Assembly (NCBI GenBank): GCA_001244265.2 | Contig: CDLV01000009.1 | Location: forward strand, 310,001 to 374,000 | Reading direction: 5' to 3' | Source of the DNA: Microbotryum violaceum | Taxonomy: Eukaryota | DNA: 64,000 nt | In this document: positions 12,148 through 24,423 of the stretch, in pieces | Numbering within the stretch: position 1 is the stretch's first letter | Layout: each line of letters opens with the position of its first letter | Translations under genes and position numbers: made by a program | The notes under the pieces: model-generated | The model's database searches: none | What the model was told of the DNA's origin: nothing | The model's input: the letters and a program-made list of their open reading frames with translations, nothing else

Positions 12148-13989
12148 TCATCGCCTCGGACTCCTCGACCGCTGTCTACCTGAGGATCCATAGTATCCAT
12201 CACCTCCGCCTCCTCTCCGATCGTCCCTTCTATCATCTCGTCTATCATCCCGTCTATCATCCCGTCGAACATCCCGTCGATCATCCCGTCGATCGCCCCT
12301 CCGATCGTCCCGTCGATCAACGCTCCCGTACTCCCTCGCTTCTTCCCCCCTCGATGACCCGCCCCTATCTCCATCCCTCCGTCTCTCATCCCCTCCACCT
12401 CTCCCACCTCTGTCCTCATAATGACGTCTCCTCCTCGCTCGATCATCATGCACATCCGCCATGTCGAACAAGAGATCACCGCCGCCTCGGGAAGATCGAG
12501 GTGTTTCCGAATAATCCCTCGCGGAAGAGAGTTCGCCTCGATACAATGATGAGGAAGGGGCAGATCCTCCTCGAACAGCGTTACCACCACCACCACCTCC
12601 TACTCCTCTGGTTCCACCTTTGTTGGGTGGTGGTCGACCCCCGGTCTTGTTGAACACCCACGACTTGTGCAGTTTCGAAACCGACTGCCGAGAATGACAT
12701 CGTCAGAACAAATCAGCACCCTCCCTCCCAATCATCAGGCAGATCAAGTTTCACTCACCTGCGAGAAATCAACGTGAATCCTGCGATCATCAACCAAAAC
12801 ATTATCCATCTTCAAATACGCCCTCTCGGCCTCTTCCCTCTCCTTGAATTCGACGAAAGCATACTGCAACGAGTCCCCAGTCTTGGGATCCTTGATAATC
12901 TCGCACGACAAGATCTCCCCAAACCTCGAGAAAATCAATTCGAGATCTTCGGATTTGGTGACGTTGTTGAGCTTGCATACAAACAAGACGTTCTCTGGGG
13001 GGGCAACGTCCGCGAAGGGAAGGTCACCGACCATTTCGAGGGTTAAGGCTTGGGCACGAGCTTCGCGCGCTCGGCGGGATTCGTCCAGTTCTTCGGCGTC
13101 GCCGCTTTCTTCGAGGGTCTCATCGTCACCTACGCGGAGGGAGGCGAGTTGAGCGGGCGTGGGTTCGGGTGACTCGGGTGGGATGACGAGGCCTTCGGGA
13201 TCGGGGAAGGGGTCGTCTGTGACATGGGAGAAAGACACGTTGCCGGAAGGAATCAGCGTCGGGTCATTCTCGCTTGCGGCAACATCGAGTGTTCCACTCA
13301 CCAAGCACGACGACATGCCGTATCCTAATATCCCTCAAAGGCCGTCCACCCTGATCCAAGTATGCCTCGTTGATCTTGTCCAACACCTCCAATCCTTCAA
13401 TGACCTTACCGAAAGGGGCATGTTTGCCATCGAGGTAATCCAACTCGTCCTTGAGCGTGAAAAAGAATTGACTCCCACACCCGCGTTGATCACCTTCCCC
13501 CGCGACAGCCATAGACAGCGTTCCCTTGGCCGTATGTTTGATCGCTTTGGTCATCTCGGGGACGAAATATTTAGTCGGGAGGTACGAAGGCGATGATTTG
13601 GGCAACCGATGCATAATCGATTCTCCACCTGTTCCGGTCTCGGTTGGGTCACCAGTTTGGGCGATGAAATCTTGGACGACGTTGTGGAAGGAACAAAAGT
13701 TGTAGTAATAGGTCGAGCAGAGCTTGAGGAAGTTGAGGCTTGTGCGAGGGCATCGCTCCGTGTCGAGATCAACCTGGGGCAGAAGTGGGGGAAGGAGAAA
13801 CCGGGTGAGTAGCGGAATAGTGTAGGGCTTGCATGACATGATGAGTCTCACGATAATGTCACCTAATGAGGTTTCGAACAGGACCGACTGCGTAAAGATA
13901 GGATCGTATACGTGCTCAGCAACTAGCTCATCGCTCAATCGTATTCGACTGGACTTGAGCACAACATCAGGTCCAAGGGAGCTCACCAT
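12148..13989 (-). CDS. PPIL4: Cyclophilin-RRM protein PPIL4/Rct1 with RD/RS-rich tail
   Basis: [63 protein letters not shown] repeats. Confidence 0.92.
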
Positions 13990-14251
13990 GGCGGCGAGAC
14001 CTTATCAGTCGCCCAGTTGTTGAGATGTCTGTACGTGGACGACTGTGCTCAGTGCAGACCACGGTTGAGAGTTGAGAGATGGAGGCAAAGGGAAACCTCA
14101 AGTCACGCCCAACGCGCACGATCGCAAGTTGACTTATAGCGATCGCCGGAAGAGCCTTTGCACGGACCTCTTTTCGAGGCCACAACCTTGTATTTCAGAC
14201 AACAAGCTCTAGCATATAAACGGGTTCTTACAACACAGGTGCCCTTTCTCA

Positions 14252-15691
14252 TCAAAACGTCTCCACCTCAACCTTGAACCCACACTCTGAACAAACCTGC
14301 ACGCCCTCGCCCTCCCCTTCCTCAAACTGATGTTCATGCTCCCCCTCGACCCTCTTGTGCCACACGTTCGTCTTGGTCTTTTTCCTTAATTCTTGCAACT
14401 TCCGCGCAAACTTTTTGGACTTTTTGTCGACCTTTTCCGCTTCCCTCTTTTCGAATTCAGCGTCCAAGGCCTCGGGGGACCCCCATTTCTTATCCGAGAA
14501 GGCGAATTCTTCGACTTGGACGCGGAGGAACAGCATCATGTTGCTGTAGGTTGGGCGATGCGGATTGGGCCGTAAGAGGTGGGGTAAGAGTTCTTCGTCC
14601 CGTAGTTCGGCTGCGGGCAACCTATGCCATCAGCATGAGGTCCATACACCCTCCTCTGATGAACATCATGCGTGGACTCACAATCGGTCAAGAGGTAGTC
14701 CTCCTTGCACTCGGTCTTGGTCAACAACGAATACAGGTCCGGCAGTTCGGCTTTGTGTTTGGCGCAGACGAAAATGCCAAAGATGGTGCGGAGTTGGGTA
14801 TCGAGGTCCATCGATCCGCAGTGGCGACATTTCGGGTTCTGTTGCTGATCCAGCGCCATCTCTGTCAGAAAATGGGGGTGAGACGTGGTCAGTGCTCGCA
14901 TACCCACCAGTGGTACGGTGAGATACTCAACTCGGTTCCCTCAGTTGGCCTTGTTTCTGAGCATTTTCTATGCGTTTCTGTCGTAGGGCCTCTTCCATCT
15001 GCCGTGCCCTGATCTTGCGTGGATCGTCCTCTTCGTTCTCGAGCAAGAAACCACCTTTCGAGTTCTTGACCGTCGCGAGGTCATATCTAATGCAAAGTAT
15101 GAAAGTGGTTAATATCATACTCGGTGGCTCGGCGAGAGTAGCCATTGCTCTGTCACCCCTCCCTTTCCTTGACCGAACTCGGCTCGGCTCGGCTCGGCTC
15201 GGCTCGGCTCGATGGCGTCGTTTCGTCCATCGGTGGTCGATGAAAATCCCCCACTCACTCTATGTAATTCCCAATCATATTCTTCAGCGGCGCATTCTTA
15301 TCCGCCCCTTGGAAATGCCTGACCCCAACCTGGTCCCCACTGCCCGAAGCCAGAGCTTGTTGCAACGCATTCGATGAGGTCGTGGTGCCCCAAGTGGGGT
15401 TCGTCGCGTGCGTTCGTCGGGTGTTGGGTGCGGTTGGGGAAGTCGAGGAAGCGGGTACGACTTGGAGCGGTCTTTTGGCGTTTGCGTTGAGGATCGAGGA
15501 CGAGGCGGCGACGAGGTGGCGTTCTCGTTCTTGAACGCGGGCTTTGGCTGCGACCGAGCAAGGTGGAGGGGGAGCAACGCGAGGTCTAGTCAGGTGAGAT
15601 CGAGTGGATGACTAACGAGTGGAGGTGTAGGGAGCTTACCCTTGAGTCGGTTCTCGGCGATCGTGCGCGCGTCTTGGGCTGAGAATTCCAT
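14252..15691 (-). CDS. RAD14: Nucleotide-excision-repair damage-recognition protein Rad14/XPA
   Basis: YDLATVKNSKGGFL; CRHC..C zinc region; YSLLTKTECKEDYLLTD; NPHRPTYSNMMLFLR; KWGSPEALDAEF; CSECGFKVEVE. Confidence 0.92.
15178..15211. repeat. (CTCGG)n microsatellite in a RAD14 intron
   Basis: Six full units plus a partial unit. Confidence 0.9.
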
Positions 15692-15849
15692 GCCGATGTG
15701 GGTCCACGGACAGGAGAGGAGTGAGGACAGGAGCCAAGTCGACAGGCCGCAGGAGGCGAAGAAGCAACCAGCGAGTGGCGATCGAGCAGCCGCCCGAAGC
15801 TAGGGCGCAGCTGAGCGAGGCTGAGCGCTGATCGCGAGCCGACGAGCAG

Positions 15850-15906
15850 CCTGCTATTAGCCTGCTAGAGCCTGCTAGAGCCTGCTAGAGCCTGCTAGAG
15901 CCTGCT
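15850..15906. repeat. 10-bp tandem repeat (CCTGCTAGAG)x4 plus degenerate flanking units in divergent promoter
   Basis: Read directly; lies between the RAD14 and SNRNP40 start codons. Confidence 0.9.
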
Positions 15907-15992
15907 GCAACCAGCGTCGCACCCCGCGCGGCGCCAATCAAAGCCAGGGGCTCACGCTCTTGCCCCGCACCTCCGTCCCCCGCTCAGCAACC

Positions 15993-17475
15993 ATGTCGTC
16001 CAAAAGAGCAGGTGATGAGTCATCATCCCTCATCAAGCGCGTACGCATGGACCAGGACGGCACGGCGGAGGACGACCCAGCGATGCAGCAGATCGTCGTC
16101 GCCTCGGACGGCAACTCGGCCAACAAGGGCGCGCTTATACAGACCATTCGTAGGACATCCGGGTTACAGGCACCTATAATGTGTTTGCAGGTGCGTACAC
16201 ATCCAATTTGTACGGTGCGGTATGTTGCCCCGTGTTCATCTCTCGCTCTTGTTGCCTCCACAACCCAGGGCCATCAAGGTGAGATCCTCGACGTCAAGTT
16301 CTCTCCCGATGGAGAACACCTCGCTTCATCTGGGGTGGACCGGACTATCTTGTTGTGGAACGTATACGGAGAGTGCAAAAAGTGAGTCAAGCTCCGTGGG
16401 GCTAGGGCACGTACTCTGGTCGCCACCTCACGACGCGCTCTCGCTCCTCGATGCTGACCCTGTATCTCGTGTGATCATCTCACCGCCCCCAGCTGGGGCA
16501 TGTTGCGTACACCAAAAGGAGCACCAACCTCGATCGCCTTTGTCGGCAACGACCGCCTCTTGGCCGGCTCGACCGACCACACCCTCTTCCTCTTCCATCT
16601 CCCCACGGGCCAAGTCCAACGTCGGTTCCGTGGGCACACCTCCATCGTCAACAGCGTCGATGTGCAACGAGGGGGTGCGGGGAGGGACCTGTTCGCTTCG
16701 GGGAGTGATGATGGTTGTGTCATGGTTTGGTCAGAGGACAGCAAGGACGCGATCGAGGTCGTCGAGCTGGGCTATCCCGTCACCGCCGTAGGTTCAGAGA
16801 TGTGTCATTTGCGTTGCTCAAGGCCGAGTGATTACTCATATTATGGTTTCACCATTCACAGGCCAAATGGTCCGAAGACGGCCAACAACTCTTCATCGGT
16901 GGCCTCGACAACGACATCCACGTCTATTCGCTCGCCTCGAAGTCGGTCATCTACTCCCTCCGCGCCCACACCGACACCATCACATCCCTCTGTCTCTCCC
17001 CCTCGAACCCTTCCCACCTCTTATCAACAGGTATGGATTCCGTCCTCCATCTCTGGTCCGTCGCCCCCTTCGCACCAACGATCAACGCCTCGAACCCGAG
17101 TCTTCACCCTCGCTTGATCAGGAGTTTCTATGGCGCTCCTGCGGGATTCGAAGGGTTGTTGAGGAAGGCGAGTTTCTCGAGGCATTCGACGCAGCAGGGG
17201 AACGGGGGGAGTATGGTCGCTGTTGGAGGGGCGGATAGGGCCTTGACGATCTGGGATGCCGAGACGGCCAGTATTCGGTACAAGGTGCGTAGAAGAGCCG
17301 TGTGCGATGGAGTTGACGTGTGAGACTGACTCTTGAATTCTTTCTTTCGCCTTGAACTCAGTTACCGGGTCATACAGGAACGGTGATCGCGACGGATTGG
17401 TCGCCCAAAGAACCCATCTGCGCCTCGACCGGCGTCGAAGGGGTCATTTACTTGGGTGAAGTCGCTAGTGTATGA
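15993..17475 (+). CDS. SNRNP40: U5 snRNP 40-kDa WD40 protein (SNRNP40/Cwf17)
   Basis: RTSGLQAPIMCLQGHQGEILDVKFSPDG..ILLWNVYGECKN; C-terminal YKLPGHTGTV..SPKEPI..IYLGE. Confidence 0.9.
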
Positions 17476-18018
17476 AGATGTGGCGTGATTTCGAAGACGA
17501 TTGATAGCTTGGGAATGGCGATCGAAAACCATGCCTGCAATAGAGGCTTGTAATTTTTCCTTGTCCTTGAGGACCTTGGCACCAGCAGGCGAAATAATGT
17601 GGGGGGATTTTCCGAGGCCATTCATTCGTCGCGGAGCTCAAAGTTGAACGTTGATCGGTCGGTAAGGAACGTCGTCTGGACCTTGCCGCACCGTCATAAA
17701 ATTTGGCCCAAACACGTTAGAAGGGACCATACCATGCATAGAAACTGTGGGGATCCCACGAAGCCATACATACAAGTGCCCGTTGCCGTTTCACCTCCTG
17801 AAGGCCGCTCGACGTCCTCCGCATAAACTGGGACCCGCGTCGCATAGTTTCGGATTTGAGCCTGCCGAGCGAAGCGGGCGAGCCTCAGCACACCCGAGCG
17901 CTCTTGGCCTTCGATCGTGACTTTATTAGCCACTCTTCATTCACCTTCCTGGGACGCTCTATCGGCCCGAAGCGGACCAGTACGATAAGAAGCAACTACG
18001 AGATTCGAACTGAGAAGC

Positions 18019-19918
18019 ATGTCGAACCAATTGTCGCCTTTTGGAATGGCGTTCGCGGGAGCGGTCGGGGGTGTCGTTGCCAACTCGATTGTGTCAGTTC
18101 ACATGCGTCACTTTGGGCCCGGAGACGAGGCTTGACGAGGAGGGACGCTTAACATGGTTTGTGAGACAATGACTGACTAGGCTCCTATGAATGGCTCTCT
18201 AGGTACCCTCTTGATACGTAAGTGTCACCTCGAGTGAATGTGCGAAAGGGCACGTTCCATCCCTCTCCATGTCCAACGAAGCCTTGTGATTGTAGAGAGC
18301 GGAAGCCCTCCGCCCGAGCCTGCAGGCGCCCCGGCTATTCGGGAACCCGCTCGCGCAGAGATGATCGAGCAGCTCGCACATCACGATTCCAGACGACCGC
18401 GGATTGCATTACCGCATGATTCATTTCGGGAGCTGACATCTTTCTTGGGGTGCTCTTCTCCGGGACTTAATGGTTATAGTATCAAGACGCGCATCCAAAC
18501 CGAAATACAAGCCAAAAAGTCTGAAGCCGGCGCGGCTGGGGCTTCCTCCCCCTCGGCGTTGAATCGACCGGGCGCGCCGAACCGATTACCCGCGGCTAGC
18601 ACCAGTCGGAGTGCGGGTGGTGCGGCGATCAAAGGCAAAGGGGCGCGCGAGATGTTGTTCAAGATCTTGAAGGAGGGTGGGGTTAGGGCTTTGTACCGTG
18701 GCTTTGGGGCGAGCATGTTGAACACGTTCAGTATGCAGTTGTAAGTTTTCGGACGGATGAAGCAGGTGGGGAGAGGAGGGGCAGGCACGGGCAGGAGCTG
18801 TGACCAACGAATCGGGTTGCTGATACACGTATTGCTCCCTTTTCAAACAGTGCCTACTTTTACTGGTACACGATCGTGCGGAGGACCTACATGAAGCGAT
18901 TCCCTTCCGTTGCCGCTCTCAACACCGCGTGAGTTGAGGAGTGTGCTTGAATTTACGGCTCTCGTCCGCTCCCTTCTGAGGATGCATCGTGAAGAGTGCT
19001 TGAAAGCCAAAGAGCTCAGCGTTGAACCCTCGAGACGACCACAAAAAGACTACAGAGCTGATTCTGGTCCTCGAACTCTCCTTCCCGATTCAGTACCGAA
19101 CTCGCCCTCGGCGCCCTCGCCGCGGCCTTTGCTCAACTCTTCACCATCCCCGTCTCGGTCATCGCAACTCGCCAACAGACCTCGACCAAGGACCAAGGTT
19201 TTGCTGCGACGACGCGCGACATCCTCGCCGACGACGGCATCACCGGTCTCTGGAGGGGTCTGAGGCCTTCCCTTGTTTTGGTTGTCAACCCTAGTATCAC
19301 CTATGGCGCGTTCGAACGCCTCAAGACGGCGCTGTTGAAGCCGGGGGAGAAAATGACCCCTGGGAAGGCGTTCTACGTCGGGGCTTTGTCAAAGACATTG
19401 GCGACGGTAGTGGGTTTAGATTCCCTGATCTGCCGAAGGCAAAAGATTCCTTGGAGACTGACCGTTCGCCGGGGATGTCTCACAGGTCACCTACCCTTAC
19501 ATCATGGCCAAAACCCGTCTCCAAGCCAAATACGAGGACGTGGACGAACCCCTTCTTAATGAAGAAGCCTCGATCGGACTGCCCTCGAAATCGACACAGC
19601 ACAAGAAGCGAAAGGAGAGGTACAATGGGGCCGTCGATTGCTTGCGACAGGTGTACAAGGAGAATGGGTTTGCCGGGTGGTACCAGGGGATGCAGGCGCA
19701 GATTACCAAGGCGGTCTTGTCCCAGGCGTTGTTGTTCGGTATCAAGGATGCGATCGAGGCTTGTGAGTCACGAGGTTGTTGTTTGGCGCAGATGCAGGGT
19801 CTGTGGTGGCATACTAAATTGTCTTTTCCAACGTTTCTCTCAATGCACAGACGTCGCTTTGGCTTTATTGTGGTACGCACGCAAGTCGGGTCTGGCCGTC
19901 GGTGTAAAGTCCGTCTAA
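18019..19918 (+). CDS. ANT1: Peroxisomal adenine nucleotide carrier (mitochondrial carrier family, Ant1-like)
   Basis: Carrier signatures YPLDTIKTRIQ, PVSVIATRQQT, YPYIMAKTRLQ; AYFYWY; LVVNPSITYG; QITKAVLSQALLF. Confidence 0.85.
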
Positions 19919-20336
19919 AGTAGCCCGTTCAGCAAGTCGTTGACGAGTTCGCTTTCGAATGACAAACCCCACGTCAACAAAATCAACAAAACCACCACCG
20001 ACGGAAATTTCCCGCGGCTAAGAACGCCATTTCGCCGCCCTCACGCTATGTCCTCTTCTCTTTTCCCTCATGACCTTATTGTATCTGTACTGTCCTTGTG
20101 GTCGGCCGCCTTTTCCTATGACTGGAGCTGTGTGTGAGCGTCTTCTCCTCCTCCTTTCGACACCGTGGATCTCCTGCTTCCCTATTCTTTGTTATGATAC
20201 AGTGTTCGGATTTTGCAGTTTAGAAGGTTGTCGTGATCCTTCCCGAGAGCCGTACGAGAGTATCCTTGTCCACCCCACTCAAAGCCCTGAAGAGAAGAGT
20301 TGCGTAGATAGACCATTGCAATCGTCACCCCCAAAA

Positions 20337-22123
20337 TCATATCTCGGACCACCCACTTGCCTCCGTACTCCCCGCAACCAAACCCAAAATGAAAACGACA
20401 AAGTTGGCCCCGACGCCCATCCCAAATCCACGATACAACTGCGTCAAGCCCGAACCGGCACCCAGACCCATCAACCCAAGATCTTCCTTTACAAATTCAG
20501 GAACGACTTGGGTTTTCCCACTTCCCCCACCGGACGAAGAGGACGAACTGGACGATCGTTTCATCTTCCTCCTCCGTGGGATCCGTCCTGTTTCTTCGGT
20601 CAGTATCCTATACACGGCCTCAACGACGCCCGCGTACCCTACGGGTCTTGTCTCGACGCACGTTCGCCACGGTCGACCTGTACCTCCAGCTCGACCGGCT
20701 CGAACGAACTCGGCTCGCGATTGTAGTTGCAGACGTTTCCGAACGGTCTCGATCGGGATCGTGATCAGTAAGCCTGCAGTGTCCAAGACGAGCTCGGCTA
20801 ATCCGAACGAGATGGGCGAGGTCGAAGGTTCGAGATGAAGATAGCGAGAGATGATTAACGGTGTCGAGAGATGGACCAAGGGTCGGGCGATCCCTTCGAG
20901 GAGAGCGGGGATAAAGAGGTTGGGGTGGAAGTAGGTCGTCCATAGCCCACCTTCCTCGCGCAGGATGAGGTGCAAGGCATCGTACGGTCCGGCGTACTTG
21001 CGGTGTCGGGGTTGAGCGGACTGCACAATCAGTCGCGTGCGCACAAGGTCGAGGGGGGAGACGACGAGGTTCGCGAGGGCGTGCGAAATGGTCGAGAAGA
21101 AGAGGAGCGGCAAGGGGCGCGGGGAGTAGATGAGGGGCAGGGTTGAAAGGGACGAGGTGGGGAGGAAGACGAAGCTCAGGGCGGAGAGGAACATGGGTTG
21201 GATCGACGTCGTGATGGCGTCGAGGATGCACGTCGTCAGCTGGCCTGTGCGACGCAGGATTCAATCCGGGCGTTAGCTGACTCTTCGAGGTAACTTGACC
21301 TTTCTCCGATATACGACCCTGAACCAACCTTTCCACAGACTGGCCCACCCTTCGCCCTTCCAGCGTCCGACGTGCTTGATCATGTCCCACACCCCACCTT
21401 GCACGACGACGGGCATGATCCACTCTGGTTTGGTCCCCGACCGCTCGTCGACGACCCCATCCCGTCGAAGATAGCCCGACGGCGAGACGGCGCGAGGTGG
21501 CGCGCCGGACGTCGGCGGTGCAAAGCCTGGCTTGGCGATGTTGCTTAGATCCGAAAAGTAGGCTTCAGCCTCGGCTTCATCCTCGAGCTGGCGGGGTGAG
21601 GAAGCATCAGGTCAGCTCGCAGTCCAGTGTGAGCTCGGCCGGTTGGGTGGGGGGCTGAGGGAAGCTCCACCAGGTGCGACGGCCACTGAAGCTCCGGAGA
21701 AGCGTTCGGACTTGCCTCGATTGGTTCTTCGTCCTGCTCGTAGTGAGCTTCGTCCGGTGCGGCCCAGTTGGGAGGCTCGAGACCATCCTTGGGCACCCAT
21801 TGCACCTGCGCCAACGTCTTGCCGACCTCGAACGGCATCACGAGCGCCGTCCCCGAAAAGGACAGGATGCTCGACATGACGAACGCCTTCAACAACGATC
21901 CAGCCGCAGGCGCTGATCCTGAAGAGCCATCGATGCCATCGAGGGTCGTCGTCGAGGCGTAGCGTTTTGAGGACGGAGGCGCCGACAGACCACGGAGAGA
22001 CGAGCTGCCGGATGATGACGCGTTGGGGCCACCGCTGCTGGGGAACGACCAGTCTTGGGGGGGCAGCGAGGTGGCGTAAGGTCGCAGTGGGTGACTGGGT
22101 GCACCCCCTGATGCTGTGTCCAT
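20337..22123 (-). CDS. UGO1: Mitochondrial fusion/transport protein Ugo1 (carrier-like)
   Basis: HPLRPY N-terminus; MPFEVGKTLAQVQW; EGWASLWKG; SPLDLVRTRLIVQ; PIETVRKRLQLQ; LYRGFGM. Confidence 0.85.
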
Positions 22124-22429
22124 CGTAGTGGTTTACGCCGGGCTGGGCAGGCACCGATAGTGGGAGGGCCGAGACGTGGGTGCGTGGCAGAAGCCAACAT
22201 GGCTCGTCGGCCGGGACGAAGCCGATCGACGCGCACGGCCTGTTGTGCCAGCTTGTGCCTGTCGGCAAGTCACGGGACCTCGACCCCAAAGTTCACACCA
22301 CTCGCTCGGCGTGGGCTTTGGCACGACACTACTCCTTCTCTGACTCACGCATCTCGGGATTGTCTTCTGAAATGTCAATTACAATAATGCCAACCACAAG
22401 CAATCATGTCGTAGTCTCCAAAGCCGTCA

Positions 22430-24133
22430 TTAGCCTCGTGGCTGTGGCACAACCAGCTGCAAACTTGGTGGCTTGCCAAGACTGCGAACAGAAGTCTCAC
22501 GGGCGAAGTCAGCGCATAAATACTATGTCGAAGGTCCTGGATCAACTCACCCGTTGGGTTCATATAACGACTCCCGAGGCAATACGAGCACATCACTCCA
22601 CTCTCGGTGATCCCGAACCCGCCACGAACCTTTCCCCGAAGTATGGCGCAACTCCGACCACGGTAACGACCATCGTACCAAGAGCCAGTTCATGAGCGCA
22701 TCCGTAAGGCAGTCATCGTTTCGATTAATTCTGTGAGGGTTCTGGAGAGAGTGGTACAGCCTTCGGAGGGCATCGATGATGATCGGGTGGCCTCGAGCAG
22801 CGCGAAGAACGTGTCCGTTGATTTCGAGAGGGCGTTTGTGGTTCTGCGCGTCGTGGGAGCTTCGTTAAAATCGGGGGTTCAGGCACGCACATGCATGATA
22901 CACTTACCTTATTCCATCCTGCCCCGCTCGCTTCGTATCCCACCGCAAGCAAGAGCGCTGGTTCTGTCCAGCCCCTCGGTAGCCTTCACAGATAGGAGCT
23001 CATTCAGCACGCCCGTTCAACGAAGTCACTCTGCGGCGCCACTCCCAGACTCACGGGCTGGTGAGACCCCATTCTTCGATGGACTTTCGCGATGTTGTAC
23101 CTTGTTCAGCCCAAATACCGCCTTCGACTGCGAGGATGAGGTATTGATAAAGCCTTGTCCGGACCTCAATCGGGATTGTACCATCCTGCCAAAGGTCGAG
23201 AACAGTCCGCGCAGCTTGGGAATGGGTCTTTTCGCCATCCAATCTATGATCCGCTGGGAGACGTTCGAGCTCGAGATGCTCCTGCTTCTGTTTCCTGAGT
23301 GCCGAAGGTGCTGGAACGTTCGGAGCTCTGCGGAATATCGAAGCCATCCATCTTCCCACATCCTCCTCATCTCGCAAGATGATCTCGATCGGGTGGTTCA
23401 TGGTGAGCCACGAGGTCAAGGCTTTCCGTGTAGCTTGTGAGGCCTCTTCGGTCTTGGGGATGCCCTTGACTTGGAACAACCGTTTCGGTGCCCTCGGGCC
23501 GGTCTTAACGGGTCGATGCATCGGGAAATGAGCTCTCAAATCATTGATGAGCGATTGTGAATCCTTCTCGTCCGAGTCACTCTTCGGGAAGTGACCTCGA
23601 ACAAACGCTTCCAGGGTCGCCAGATATTCGTGCAAGTCGTCCGTCTCGATCTTGTAAGAGGCATCCGCTTCGAGACCCAAGGACGTCAAAGGCGATGTGA
23701 TGGTTCCATTGTATTGAAGGATGACCCGACCGTTGACGAGTCGAGCGAGGGGTTTCCCGCGCCGGACGTAGGGTGGTTTGAAGCGGTTCAAAGGATCACC
23801 CTCGACGGGTGGGGGTGGGGTCAGCGATAGTCGCGACCAGTCGATCGAAGACTCCTGGGTTCGGGAAGGGGTCGCTTGTGATGAGGGCTCGTAGAGTTGA
23901 CACCACATCAAGACGTAGAGCTGCGATAGTAACACTTGAATCAGCTCAGTCCACAGACTTCAGGAGGATCTATAGCTTACCGTAAGGAAGAGAACAGCCA
24001 AGGGAAACCTCGTCGATTGGTGCTGTTTCCGCAGGTCGGGAGGCGCTTCAGGAAGTTGGGCCGTGAGAAGTTGTGGTGAGGATGGGATGTGAGCGATCAC
24101 CCAATCAGGGTCATCTGGAGCGTGCCAACGCAT
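22430..24133 (-). CDS. Och1/Hoc1-like GT32 glycosyltransferase paralog A (type II membrane; DxD degenerate)
   Basis: Spliced TM anchor FPLAVLFLT|LYVLMW; YQYLILAVEGGIWAEQGT..KSIEEWG; PALLLAVGYEA; AARGHPIIIDAL; SDVLVLP. Start may instead be 24184. Confidence 0.6.
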
Positions 24134-24423
24134 TATTGACGAGGATGACAGAGTAAGAAGGACTCGACGAATGTCCCGTTCCATTGGAGACTCTCCTGGA
24201 CGCGGTCCGGTTTTTAGCGTCCAAAATCGGGGTTACCGCAGACAGCCCCCTGTCTCGCAGGCCGTTCGTGTTTGCGTCCGCGTCCGCCGTTCGTTCCCTC
24301 GCGCGACGTCTAGAGGACGGTCACATTAACCCATGCTACCTCTTCTCGAAAGAGAAGAAAAACTAGAGATTGGTCAACACTTCTTCGTTTGCACACACTG
24401 TTCCAAAGAATGTAATCCGCTGC

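Noticed and set aside
12190-12330. 12-bp periodic repeats
   Set aside because: Encode the ordinary RRDD tail of PPIL4.
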